Source: Epiperipatus broadwayi (taxonomy: Eukaryota; Animalia; Onychophora). From it: 64,000 nt of DNA. Positions 13,405 through 26,420 of this stretch are shown piece after piece (the stretch's first letter is position 1; each line of letters begins with the position of its first letter). Below the pieces are notes generated by a model. It worked only from the letters and a program-made list of their open reading frames with translations, did not search any database and was not told the DNA's origin. The stretch covers positions 1,116,001 to 1,180,000 of the forward strand of contig JAQFVV010000005.1 of the NCBI GenBank assembly GCA_028023455.1, read 5' to 3'. The position numbers were made by a program, and so were the translations under genes.

Positions 13405-14390
13405 TTATCATCATCATTTTCAACCAATATCACTTTGGTTTTTCCAAATTAATTCATCTTCAATCTCTAGCATCTCTTCTTCACAACCACAGCACACTTC
13501 ATTATTTCATCCATCAATCTCACATGTGGTCTCTTTCTAGGTCTTTTTACAATTTCTTGGAATCCAGCTTAAGATTTCAACTGTTAATAAATTATCATTT
13601 CTTCTAGCAATAAGTCCAGCCCAATTCCACTTCAGTTTCTTAATTCTTTCAGTGATGTCAGTAATATCTGTTTGGTCTCTCATCCATGTATTTCCGTTTC
13701 GATCTCTTTTTGTTACTCCTAACATTCATCTCTCCATACTTCACTGAGTGATCTGTAGTTTGTATTGCTCTTCTGTTAAATATCCAAGTATCAGATCCAT
13801 AAATAAGAACTGGTATAACACATTTATTCAAAGCACCCTAACTAAATTAACTCAATGATTAATTTCATTCATTAGGTTACCAACTGTTAGTAATAATCTT
13901 ACCAAGGTCTTTGCAGTTGATAATTTCTTCTAACTCATTATTAGCAATCTTTATTTTCTTCATTTGAGAAAATCTATTTTAGTCTTTTTAACATTTTACC
14001 TTTAATCTTACTTTCTTATTGTCATCTGTTAAGTCTTGTAACAGTTGTTGAAGATCTAAAGCATTATTTGTAAAAGCAATTATGACATTTGCAAAATCTA
14101 GATGACTTAAATAATCTCCATTTACTCTTACTCCCTTTGCTTCCCATTTTATTCACAAAAAAACTGCCATAAAAAGTTTTGTAGATATGGAGTCACCCTG
14201 TCATACATCCTTCTCGATGTTAATCTTCCTAGTATCTTATGTGATCTAATTGTTGCTATTGTAATTTTATAAATATTCTTCAGAATATGACAATATTCTG
14301 GATCTATATTTTGATGATCCAGTGCTTTAATTACCGAAGAAATGCTTGTAGAATCAAATGCCTTTTCATAATCTTCAAATTCAAAGCATT
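13405..14390 (-). mobile_element. Degenerate RTE fragment (RT C-terminal half to tail)
   Basis: ORF 13537-13725 (MLGVTKRDRNGNTWMRDQT...LKWNWAG) matches the intact copy; an EKAFDS remnant lies near 14360; tcatcatcat tail at ~13405. Confidence 0.85.
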
Positions 14391-15483
14391 CCTCTGTTAT
14401 ATATACATATTTTTCATAACATATGCTGCAGTCTTAAAATAATATTTTGTAAATTTATGTAAAACTTTTTATATTTTTATTGCATTTGTATTTATTTAAT
14501 TTTTTTTTCAATTTTTATTTGTTGTTTTTGCTTTATATTTAAATGTATGTATATTAAATACTCTGGCTGAAGGCAGGTGGAGTGACAATTGCGTATTAAT
14601 ATATTAACTTTTATAGTATTATTTTATAATACATTCCTTAATGTAATTTAATCTCTTTAATTTTTGTTGTTTTGTTAACCGTTTGTGTTCAAATTGGGTA
14701 TAATTTCTTAACTTTTTTTGTTGTTAGTAGAACATAAGTTAATATTATATACCCTTATAAAAAACATACATTTAAAAATTCATTTATATGTAATATGAGT
14801 TTTACTCTACAAAGAGAAATTGATTTTACCTGTCTTCACATTTCCTAGGGAGAAGAGACAGCTGTCTGTTAATTTGTCAATATAATTTTTTTATTGTGCT
14901 TTTCAAATGAACATTTTAATGTCACCCCCACCCCCAGTTTTTTTAAATCTCGAAGACGGGCTGTCACAGGGTGACATTTATTAGTAATATTATGTCAGAG
15001 TTTTAGCAAGGGATAGTCATAAAATAATTGTCAGATCCTAAAGATGAGTCTGATATGACAGTTGTGGGATGTTTTTTTTTTTCCTTCATTTAAAATTCCT
15101 GTCAGTAAAACTTCAACTGAATATTAAAAAAATCAAAACACATCAGACAAATCACTAATGAATTTTTTTTAATAAACGATTTTCGTTTCAGTGAAGAAGT
15201 TTTGATTTTTTTTTTTTTAGATATTAGGTTAAACTATTTCCTTTTATATTCAGTTTTGCAAATTTTTTACTCACTAGTTCATCCTTTAAAAACTAGTCTT
15301 TTTAATTTAAATAAATAAAAACTCCTATCAGTTTTTGTATATTTTTTACAAAACAATCACAATTAGTTTTCTTAACATATATCACAATCATATTATAATA
15401 CCACTTAGATATCTTTTTTTTTTTTACTTTATTTAACATTATTGTACACACAATATATACATACATAATAATAATACATGGTA

Positions 15484-15675
15484 ATAGATGGACAATTGGA
15501 ATCTTAAACTGGATTCCAAGAGATTGTTAAGACTCAGAAAGAGACCACATATGAGATGGATGGATGAAATAAGAAAGTGTGCAGGGGTGATGTGGAGAAG
15601 AGAAGCTAAAGATCGGAGATGGATTGAACTTGGAGAGACCATCCTGCAGTGGATTGATAATGGTTGATGATGATG
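15484..15675 (+). mobile_element. 5'-truncated RTE 3' end
   Basis: High similarity to 4618-4815 and ends ...gtggattgataatggttgatgatgatg. Confidence 0.9.
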
Positions 15676-17629
15676 GCATACATAAATACCATATATATTA
15701 ATTGTAAATCAAAGTAAATATAACGTAAAATATTAACAGCTACAACATATGCACATTGATAGTAATTACCTCTTTCCAAAGATTTTAATATAGGATTTAA
15801 ATCTTCTTTATTTGTAAATTTCTTGGTAAAAACCTGATTGATAAATTTTAATGTTAATGCCCAGATTTTTTTCTCACAAAAGCAAGCTGAAGTATATTAA
15901 GGATTACATTTAGATTTTTCATATGGATAAATATGTTGCTGTCTCACTGTAATAGAACGCTCAACAATTCCACCTTTCAAGTCATTAGAATACACAATTT
16001 GATATTTATCAGATTTATTTTAACCTTATTATTTACAGTACTGTTGTAAGTATGCAGTACTTTTTAACACACACTTATATTTATTTAATACAGGTGCATT
16101 TTTATGTGTATTCTGCACATATAAATTAAGATTATAATATAAAAATTAAAAATAATAATGGATTTATTAATAATAAATTGAGAGAACTGCGTGTGTGCTC
16201 ATTCATTTGCATTTCCTCTAAAATAAAAAATAATAAAAAAAACCTATATATCTTTATTTATTTTTTAAAGTAAAATGAAGAGCAGTGTTAGACTTTCATT
16301 ACAATTAAATACACTCTGGATGACATTTTTTTTCATCATCCTTTTTTCATCAGACTAATAAAATAATTCTAGTTGTTTTGATGTTTTTAAGTCCATATTG
16401 ACAGTTTCCTTTCTGTTGCAAGGTGTGAGGAAACTCTTCAAACTTGAAGCTTTCTGATGCAGTACAAGAATGTTCACAGTTCTTTTTTTCTGCCACTACT
16501 AAATCAATAACTTGAATTTTATTGCTTAAATTACAATTTTTTTTAAATTTCATAAAATGTAACTATATATATATGTTGAACATTCTAATACTGTTCCATA
16601 TCAAATTTTTAGAATGATAAAAAAAAGAACAAATTATATAAGCTTTCAACATAATTGGAGAAACCTTACAAGCAAACATGATTGCATATGGATTCCAAGA
16701 TGAAAAACTGGCTGATATATCAAAAAAATTGTTAAAATTTAAGAATTTTATTGGTTTTTTTTATTTATTTGCTCTTATTGTAGCTTTACTATAAATTCCT
16801 AAATATCAAACATGATTACGTAAGATATCGGCAAAGTTTCTAAATTCAGATTATAATTTCTAACAGGTTTTTGTTCTTCTGACAATAACCCACTAAATTC
16901 TGCGTATTCTGCTCTTATGTGACTGCAGTAACTCAATGTTATTAATCTCTAAATGTCGATTTGCATTATTTAAAGGAAGAATTTTATTTGTTTGAAATCC
17001 TAAATAAATTAATTGTAATAAATTTACATATACCAAAATCTTGCATACAGAAAATATAAGTAAGAATCACACACACAAAAAATGATGTTCTGATTTATCA
17101 ATAATGTTTTCACAAGGAAATTGAATTGGCTAATTTAAGTCCAAGATTAAATAAAGGTTTTATCGCAGTTTCTAAAATTGGTTAAGTTTAGAAAGAGAGA
17201 TGTTTTAAAGTAGCTGCACAGCAATTACATCTATTTAAGTCCACATTCTGATTACTGGTTGGCAGTTACAATTTAGTCTTAATTTGTAGACTGTCTCCAT
17301 ACTTTCTTGCTTGGGATATTAACATCAAATTCCTGCAGGTATCATGTTTCAGGCAGTATCCTAACAGCTTCTGGATTGAGAACATGGCAGTTTCTTTTCT
17401 GAAGAGCTACATGAAGATATAAATAGTATACTTGTGCTGGATACTTAGCACATAATATTGCAAGTTATTACAATATTTGAATTCATCATAGCCATGTAAG
17501 TTTCGCACTTCATTGCTAATTCATTGTAAGACTATAGGTAATATCACTGCTGTTTGACGCTGTCTTTCTAGCTTGATGATAATGATTGTAATATGATTGA
17601 CTTTCATCTGCCTCTGGTCACAGTCTCTA

Positions 17630-17667
17630 ACTTTAGTTTATTAACTAACTAAAATATGATACTGTTA

Positions 17668-17703
<36 letters not shown>

Positions 17704-18000
17704 CCTTCCTTCTATGAAATGACCTTAGTTCAGAAGCCTATGCTTCTTATTATTAAAGTTTTTCCAAAACATGTTAATCCATTTAACCGACTTTCTTTTG
17801 TGTCTCTAGTCACTATCTCAATCTCTTTCTTATTTCAACTCACTCAACTAAATCAATTCATCATCAACTAACTAAAATATGATATTACCCTCAGATATAG
17901 ACTTTCTTCCATGGAACATTAGCTCAGAAACGCACGTCTCCTATTATTAAGCTGTTTGCCAAAATATGATAATCCCTTTAATTGACTTTCTTCTGTCTTA
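17630..18000 (-). repeat. Two diverged direct copies of a ~150-bp segment, probably a LINE 3' remnant
   Basis: Both start aactaactaaaatatgata (~17643, ~17867) and end with (c/t)gactttctt; the first is interrupted by (TA)n. Confidence 0.5.
17670..17702. repeat. (TA)n microsatellite
   Basis: About 16 uninterrupted TA units. Confidence 0.95.
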
Positions 18001-20045
18001 ATATTATTGTTGTTTTTTTTTTTTTTGATAACTAATTATGTTAATTAGTTGATTTTTTATTTGAATTAATTGTTTTTCACTATAATTACAAAACTGCAAA
18101 GAAATATTATATGCTTGAAATTTTTATACAATCTTATTTGAATGAAAATGTGAGATAAAGGCAATTTTTATAAAATATGGAATAGATTTAATTCATGTAG
18201 AAAAATTGGTTTTATCTATTTCACACTTAATCACCTGTTTCCATATTCAGAAATTGAATATATATATATATTGGGTCTATTTATAATCTTGCATTTTGTG
18301 ATATATTCATGCATATAACTAACCTTAGATATCAAATTTTTATATCTTTTTTTAAAAAAAGAAATTGCTACCTTTACTATTTATCTGATCTATATATAAT
18401 CAAACTTCATACTGAATTGCTTGAGTTAGCTCAGATTTAAATTAATTAAAGCTTCATATTGAGAATCATATATTATTAGTAGGAAGAATTATCACCATAT
18501 TATTGACATTTATGCAATGGTATGGTGAATCAAATAATCTAAATGATCATTTTCTGATAATCAAGCCACATTTGCTATTTATGTATGAATTGGGATTTTC
18601 TTAGCAATGACAAATATGGTCATAAATTTATGTTTTGGGGCATGAACAGTATTTTCTGAACAATTTTTTTGATAACTTTTCTTAGAAAGTTTTACATAAG
18701 AGGAAAAATTGTAAACTCTGGCTATCCCGTATTGGATTAACTTGGAGGTTTGTTTTTTAGATTCTTTATTTGGAATATATTGAAATATAGATATGAGAAT
18801 TGATCTATGGGAAAGCAAGAAAGAGTAAGATTAGAAAGTATAGAATGTGGTCTTAGAGAAGATTGCCTAGGACAATTTGGATGGAGAACTTAATGAACAA
18901 ATGTTGAGAAAAACCAGTATGGAAAGAGAACTGGTAAACACTATATGATTGAAGAAAAAAAATATTGCGATTGTTTTAAGAGATGTTTTTCTACAAAATG
19001 TTTGGATGATAAATTTTTTGGGAAGAATACTGAGCGTCGTGCCAAGGACATTTTAATGTAAAAATATAATAATCAGTAAAATTGAATGTAGTTTATATAT
19101 GAGTATGAATAAGAATAGCTGCTGATAGAATGACACAAGTGACAAAGTATTGTCTTTAGAAACATGTAGGAGATCACTGCTTTATTTTTCACTCTTAGGA
19201 ATGGTTGAAAAGTTCTTGCTCTAACGTCTTTGTTATTCAGCATGGTAGCGATAGTGGCAAACTCATTGCTAAAGATGCTTGGATCACTTATCTGCTGAGG
19301 AAAACAGCTGTGTTCATCCTGTCATTTTGATGAGGATGGAAAACTTAAGAACTAAAAGTTTTTGGATATTCTAATTGCATAAATGAAAAAAAAAAGTATC
19401 ATTTGGGTCAGTAGAATGGAATTGATATGCTCTTCCTATCATTTTTATGCTCAATTTTCATTTGACTTACTGAGTAATTGACTATATGATTATTATTGAT
19501 TGTGTAATTACATCTCTCAGCTTAATACATAGAATTTTGATTGTTTTTGATTTTTCATCGGTGCTATTGAAATTACAATTAGTTGATAAGGTTTTTCTAA
19601 TACTGCTTACTGCTAACCTTAATTTTCATAGTTTATGTAAGTTAGCTAGACTGGAAATTTAATATTATTTTTCATTATTCTTTGTAGAAGTGGTTTTGGT
19701 CTTTTCTACGGTTTGAGATTCACTTTATATGAATTAAGAAAGATTAAGCAAATTGATGTTGAGAATGTTGAATCAATAAATTTATAATAAATTATATTGT
19801 TATTTGAAAAGCAGTTTGAATTAGAAAGGTTGAACGATCAAGAGATTTTTGGAGTGAAGAATATTGCTAATATTTTTTTTTATTAGTAAGAATTGGATTA
19901 TTTTGTTAGATATTTTGAAGTTGCAGAACAAAAAGAGAGCCAGTTGGAAATATTTGTGGAGTTAAATTGTAAACTGAATTAAAGATGGAATAAGTAGTAA
20001 GATTTATTGTACAGTTTTTGTTGATGACAATGCAATACTTTAAAG

Positions 20046-20496
20046 CAGAGGTGGGCAGTTGTTTTGGCTCGGGGGCCGCACCTTTTTTTCATGACACAAT
20101 AAACACTGCTTTATTACACAATAAACACTGCTTTATTCTCCGTATTACCAAAGAAATATTTGTTTGTCCATTCTTCATTAAACACTACATTCATCACCGA
20201 TTTTACATTTTTTCGGAGAGTTCATAGTTTCACTAAAGTTGGAAAGGTATATATTTTGCTAATGCAAAGACAAAATTGAAATTAACCAGATCAACTGGAA
20301 AAGCACTGCACATCATGCCTACACTGAGCATGTGCATTGACATGGCCATTCTAGTGGAAAATACGAGGCGAATCTTCGGTTGTGCATAGAAAGAAAATCT
20401 CATTTCAAGGCGGATTTTTCTGATTGTCTTGGCAGGCCGCATAAAAACTCTTAGCAGGCCGCATGTGACCCTTGGGCCACTATTTTCCCACCCCTG
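20046..20496. mobile_element. Non-autonomous hAT element
   Basis: Imperfect TIRs CAGAGGTGGGCA / TTCCCACCCCTG; TSD CTTTAAAG vs CTGTAAAT (6/8); subterminal gcaggccgcat repeats. Confidence 0.8.
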
Positions 20497-20959
20497 CTGT
20501 AAATATCAAGAACAAATTCCCAAAATGTTAAATAGGACTTACGAAATATATAAAAAATTTGGGCTAAAAATTTCTAAGTAATGAATACCAATAAAGATGA
20601 TAAATGATTGATTGTTTAGTGAGAAGTTTCACATCGGACCTGTTTTATTTTTGTAATCAGTGTATCAATGCTTTTTTTGACTTACTCATGACTTAACCCA
20701 AATTATGTATGATGGCTAAATGTTTTTTTATATGCTAGCAAAAGGTAGATGTGAATAGAGCATCTTGTTTTAAAATTGCTAGCTACTGAAATAAAAGAAT
20801 TTGCAAGCTTTTTCTTTGGATTTGAATCTTAGGCAAGAGAGATAGAAATATACTACTACATTGTGAGGTCTTTATTAAGAGCAGGAATTATTTTATAGTC
20901 ATTAAAGTTTGAATTAAAAAGTATTTCTAATTCTTTCAAGCAAGCCCCCCCCCCCCCAC

Positions 20960-23890
20960 ATCATTTTAGCAAAATTGGAACTTCTAGGTCAATTTGTTTA
21001 CCCCATTATTTCAAAGTTTCTATTTATTTTTAATACCACTTTGCCCGGTCATTTGTTTTTTTTTATATTCAATATTTTAGATTTTAACTCAGCAATTTTT
21101 TTTTTTACTTTATCCATTCAATTAACATATGGTCTTCTAGATCTTTTACAATCTCTTGGAATCCAATTTAAGATTTCAGCTGAAAATATATTGACATTTC
21201 TCTTAACAATATGTCCTGCACTTGTCCATTTCGGTTATTTATTTCTTTCAATGATATGAATGGTAGCTATTTGGTCTCTGACTCAAATATTTTTTTTCAA
21301 GTTCATCTTTCCTCTATTTCATGGTGTGGTCTGAAGTATCTTAATTACTCTTCTGTTAATTGTCCAAAAGTCCACTGAACATTTCTTTAATCCTATGTTC
21401 TTATTATCATATGATAATTCTTACGCCATTTTCTGAAGCTCTGAGCATCATTTGCAAAAACATCTTCATTAGCAAAGTCTGTATGATTTAAATAATTGCC
21501 TTGTATTTTTATTTCCCTATCTTTCCATTTTAACCTACAAAATACTTGTAAAACTGTTGTGAAAAGTTTTGGATATATGGAAATATCTGTTTTACACATT
21601 TATGAGTTTTAATCTTGGTTTACCATGTAATCTAATCACTGCTATTGACTTTTGATGAGTATTCTTTAGAATATAGCAATATCCTGGGTCTGTATCCTGA
21701 TGGTACAAAGTTTTAATCACTATAGAAGTTATTAGAGAATTAAATTTTTTACTATAATATATAAATCCAATGTATCTTCATGGTTGAAAGCTTTAATCAC
21801 TGTAGAAGTTGTTTATAGAATCAAGTGTTTATTTGTAATATGCAAATCCAAAGCTTCATAGTAACTCATATTCTTTTATTCTTTCTACAACTTCTTTCAA
21901 TACTTGGATATAATCTACTGTGCTAAAACCATTTTTAAATACAGCTTGTTGTTTTGGTTGGTTTGAATTCAAAGTTTGTTATAAAAGAGTTGATATTATC
22001 TTGGTAAAGATTTTATATAGAATTGATAGGTCTGTAATTTCTAATATCTTCTTTACTGCTTTCTTAAATATCATTATTACTACTGCCTTCATCCAACTAT
22101 CTGGTACATCTTTATTATTTAAACATTAAACATTTGGATTTGCTAGCACTTTTCTATCTCTTTACATGTTTAATTCTATAAACATCAATAATAATTCCTT
22201 TTATTTCATGGAGTTTTTCCTTTCTTTAGAGATGTAATTGCATGTCTCATCTCTTCATTTAAAATAGTTTTCAATTCAGAAGATATATTAATTTTGTTTT
22301 TTTATTATATTATTTTTTATAGAATTCTTTCATACATTTCATGATGTCATTTCTTTTTTTAGTAATAGTTTTATCTTTTCTTCCAATACCAAAATATTAT
22401 TTTAATTCTTTTCTCTTCTATAGCTTTCCTCGCCAGTTCACAATTATATTTTCTTATATTGATTATTAACTGTTTTTCATACCATAATCAATTCTTCACA
22501 CTGGATCATTTTTAAATATTTTCATATTTCTTTTTTTTTCATACATTCTTTTGTTTTAGTTGAAAATTTACTGATTAATTGCTGCTTTTTTGTATTGGTT
22601 ATCTTTGTTACAATAGTTAGTAGAATATTAGTTATCTTATTGATCTCCTTCATTGGAATTTTTCTGATGGTAAGGAATATCCAACTATTAATAGTTCTTT
22701 TTTAATAGTCTTCATCCTTCTTGTTTTATAATGATATTTTATATCTCACTAATTGATGATCATTTCCTATGTCGAATCTGTTAGGAACATTACTATCCTA
22801 AAATACTACACATATTTCCTAATTAGTCAAAGTGTAATCCAATTTTACTATGCCTTTACTTGGATGTTTCCATGTCCATTTCTGTTTAGTATTTTTCTCC
22901 AAAAAAATAATTCATAATATACAGGATTTTTTCCCCTGAAAATTCCACAATCCTGTGACCTCTCTTCTACCATTATAATAAGGCAAATTTATTTACAATA
23001 CTTTTATTTTTCAATTATTTTTCAATTCCAGCATTAAAGTCTCTCATGATAATTTTAAAAGTTTGTTTGGGGTGATCAAAAGTATTTTGTAGATCAATAT
23101 AAAGTTCTATTTCCTCAACAAAGTGAGAACTTCTTGGCATATAAATTGAATTATCTGCATTTGGTATTTTTCATTAAGTTGAATAACTAATCTTGCTATT
23201 CTGATCAATCAATCTCATCAATTTTATTTATTATGAAACATAAATCGTGTATGCCCTCAATTGTTGTGCCTTTATAGTAAAATACCTATTCTCTTTGTAA
23301 ATCAATTGTCTTTTTATCTTTTTTCTTCTAACTTCACTACGTTCAAAAACATTCCATTTAATATTAGACAGTTCAAAATCATGTGTGATCGGTAATTGTA
23401 AGTAGCTAAATAAAAGATTTCATCCAATGTCAGCCTGAAACTGCAATCAAGGGATTTTTAGCACCTACCCCCTTCAACTGGTAAGTGCTGCCATTGCTAG
23501 TAACTTTATAGCCTCCTTGGGAATAAAGGCCATAATTTAGCTTTGTCTGTTATGATCGTAAATATCTAATAAAAATTATATATATAAAAATCTTACTACA
23601 TTCATCCTGCCTTCAAAAAAATGCAATTCCATTTTTCAGTTTAGCACTTTCAGGCAATTTAGAATAAACATGGGATTTCTTGGTCTTAAATTCACTATGC
23701 TGGCTGATGCATATTGTTGAGTAGCCTATTTATGTTATGTTTACTACATGAATAATCATATAATAATAAGTTGCAGTGCCTAGAAAGTATGGAATGGATA
23801 TTAAGAAATTTACCATGCTCAGTATCTTTAAGGCTACAAAGAGGAACAAAGGGTCTCCTTTCATTTAACGGCCAACTTTTTTCAGCAGTG
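20960..23890 (-). mobile_element. Old, degenerate full-length copy of the same RTE family
   Basis: The reverse complement of 23640-23890 aligns to the 5'UTR at 1526-1740 (tgaaaggagaccctttg, ccttaaag), ~23430-23470 to ~1940-1975, and RT remnants occur at 21393-21599. End coordinates are approximate. Confidence 0.8.
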
Positions 23891-25799
23891 GATTTTATAG
23901 TAATAAACTCCTAACTATCTATTATTGGTCTTAGGATCTTGGTGGTACTTATTTCTGGAAATTTGACAGTATTGTTAATTTTTTTTTTTTTTTTAATACC
24001 TTTATTTTACATTAATAAGGAGTCCAAGTCTCACTTTTAGATAATAAATTAGTTAAAACGACAGCTAAATATACAAATTATACTGTTAAAGATTGGTATA
24101 TAATTTTCTAAGCAATTTATATTTGTAGTGATTTAACAAAATTAGTAGTTTTTATCAAATTGCACAACAAGTGGTGTGTATGTTAAAATAGGGTGATTTA
24201 GATATGAAGGTCATGGAGTTGACAAAGATTATGTTGTAGAAATGGGATGGAGCAGATTATGGGTAAACTTAGAGTGGGGAATGGAAAGGGAAGGTAAAGT
24301 TGCCAACAAGTTTCTCTGGGCATAGTTGCTGAGAGATTCCTGACTCCGTATAAGGAGAAGTCACAGTGCATCACGTCACATCATTATGATCCAAACCTGT
24401 GAGGCACAGCATGGATATAATAGAAGGTGTATGTGCTTACAACAGATCATTAAAGCGTGCAAAAGTTTTGTGTCCAACTTCATATTAAATTAGACCTATT
24501 AAATTTACCTAAAGTAATTCTGTGGTATTTTGGGTTTATGAATACACATATAGGTTTCTGTATGTACGTGCTTATATATATTAGGTATGTATTACGACTC
24601 ATATTTGGAGTGTGGCATGTGACCTGCATGTTGATAGTTCACATCCTTGATATCTTTAAGTCTTCTTGAAATTTTATTTTAGCACGATCTTAGAATAGCG
24701 TATTTTTTTCTGTCACTTATTTTAAACTATTGCAATTACAGACATTCCATATATAATTGTTAGGGATAAAAGAAATGCTTTTTCGTAATGGGAATCTACC
24801 CATAAACATTTAGCTCTTGAAGACGTCACTTTCACCATTTCACGTTCACCGCTGGTGATAGTGGGCACTTATTAAAAACTACAAGTACCTAAATCGATTT
24901 CTAGCTGAGAAAACCAATAATAATTAAAAAATCTGTTTAATCACATCACTTAACTTCTAGGCAAAATAACGATTACAATATTTTTATGTACCATTGAGCT
25001 AAATCGCTTAGGGGCATAGTTTGTCCTGTAATCGTTTTGTTGTACTAAAAGTATAGTCTGTGCTGTTCTCTGAAAGTCATATTCCTCTTCATTGCTGTCT
25101 GTCCACTTCTATTGATATGTTTTGTGTGTTTCTGTAAATTTGAAAGAAAAAAATTGTTTTAGATTAGTTCGAAAATATTTTATATTTTGAAATTCATTCA
25201 ATTACTTTAAAGTTCCGCGCATTTTTTGTAATGTTTTTGTCAATTTATTTAATTACAATTTATCCATTTTCACTTTTTGTGACCGCTGGAGTTCTCATTG
25301 CGTTAGTAGGCATTTAGGGATGTTTTAAAAGTAGGAGGAAGATTAATCAGCGGCCGAGTCTCCCGCTGAAGCTGCTGCTGGTTTAACGAAATTTAATTAC
25401 ATTTAAAAAACGTCAGCTTATCCATTGTTTTTTTTTATTTACAGTTTGATCAAAAAAAATTTTTTAAGTGGTCGATACGTCAAAGAAAGTTTGTTGATGT
25501 TGCGCTTTTCTGTCATACTATTTGATAATTAGACTTAAAGCATCTGCCTAGCAAAAGATCTTTCAATTAAAATAATGCTTTGCTGATGTTTCACAAGTCT
25601 TTCAATTTTTTTTTTTTAATATTCAAGGCGTTTATTTTTTTGATGAACTGAAAATAAGCTTTGGAGAGAAATGATCCCCTTTTTTTGTTTTGTATTTTAA
25701 AAGTTTATTTCAAAATATATACTTAAATGTAGAACTTCACTAGAGTTAAAGTATGATGCAATGATGATATTTAAATCCTAGTATATATTCTTAAGTTAG

Positions 25800-26420
25800 A
25801 TGTAACTCGAGGGGATTTGATATCAGACTTTAGCTCCCGTATACAACCGATACACATGGCGTACATGTAAAGAAGATAAATGATATCCAATACTCGGATT
25901 TCGTGCTGAAGCAGCATTCATCATTTGGTCCATCATCTCTCTCATATATAAATTGTAAAGTGCTCAGTTTATATTAGGATAGCAAATCTTCAAACTTCAA
26001 TGGACAGACTTCAATCTTCTCCACTCTTCAATCATCCATATCCTCGAAAATCTGATGATGGCATGTCTTAAAGTCCTACCTATGTTGGGTGAGAATGACT
26101 TACAGTCAACATGGATCTCACAACAATATCAGCAAACAAGGGCTTTGAATATGCCATCATCACATTTTCAATGATATGGATGGCTGAAAAGTTTAAGTGG
26201 AGAAGATTGAAACCTGCCCATTAAAGTTTGAAGATTTGCTATCTTAATATAAACTGAGCACTGATTACATATGTGTGTGGAAGATGATGATCTAGACCAA
26301 CTAATAAGTTCTGGTTCATTATCAAATACATATATTGGAGATCATTTATCTTTTTCAAATGTATGTGATTATGTGTATTTAATGCATGAGATGGAGTGGA
26401 TGATTGAAAAGAGCTTTCAA
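25800..26420. mobile_element. Foldback element with ~300-bp inverted arms (family copy A)
   Basis: gcaaatcttcaaacttcaatggacag...cttctccact (~25980-26025) is inverted against agtggagaag...aaagtttgaagatttgc (~26196-26238); shares sequence with 49180-49646. Confidence 0.75.

Noticed and set aside
19260-19350. LCSSCHFDED, resembling a THAP domain CSxHF motif
   Set aside because: Too short and frameshifted to support a call.
23431-23486. Apparent exon cag|CCTGAAAC...CTG|gtaagt
   Set aside because: It is the antisense of the old RTE copy's 5' region.
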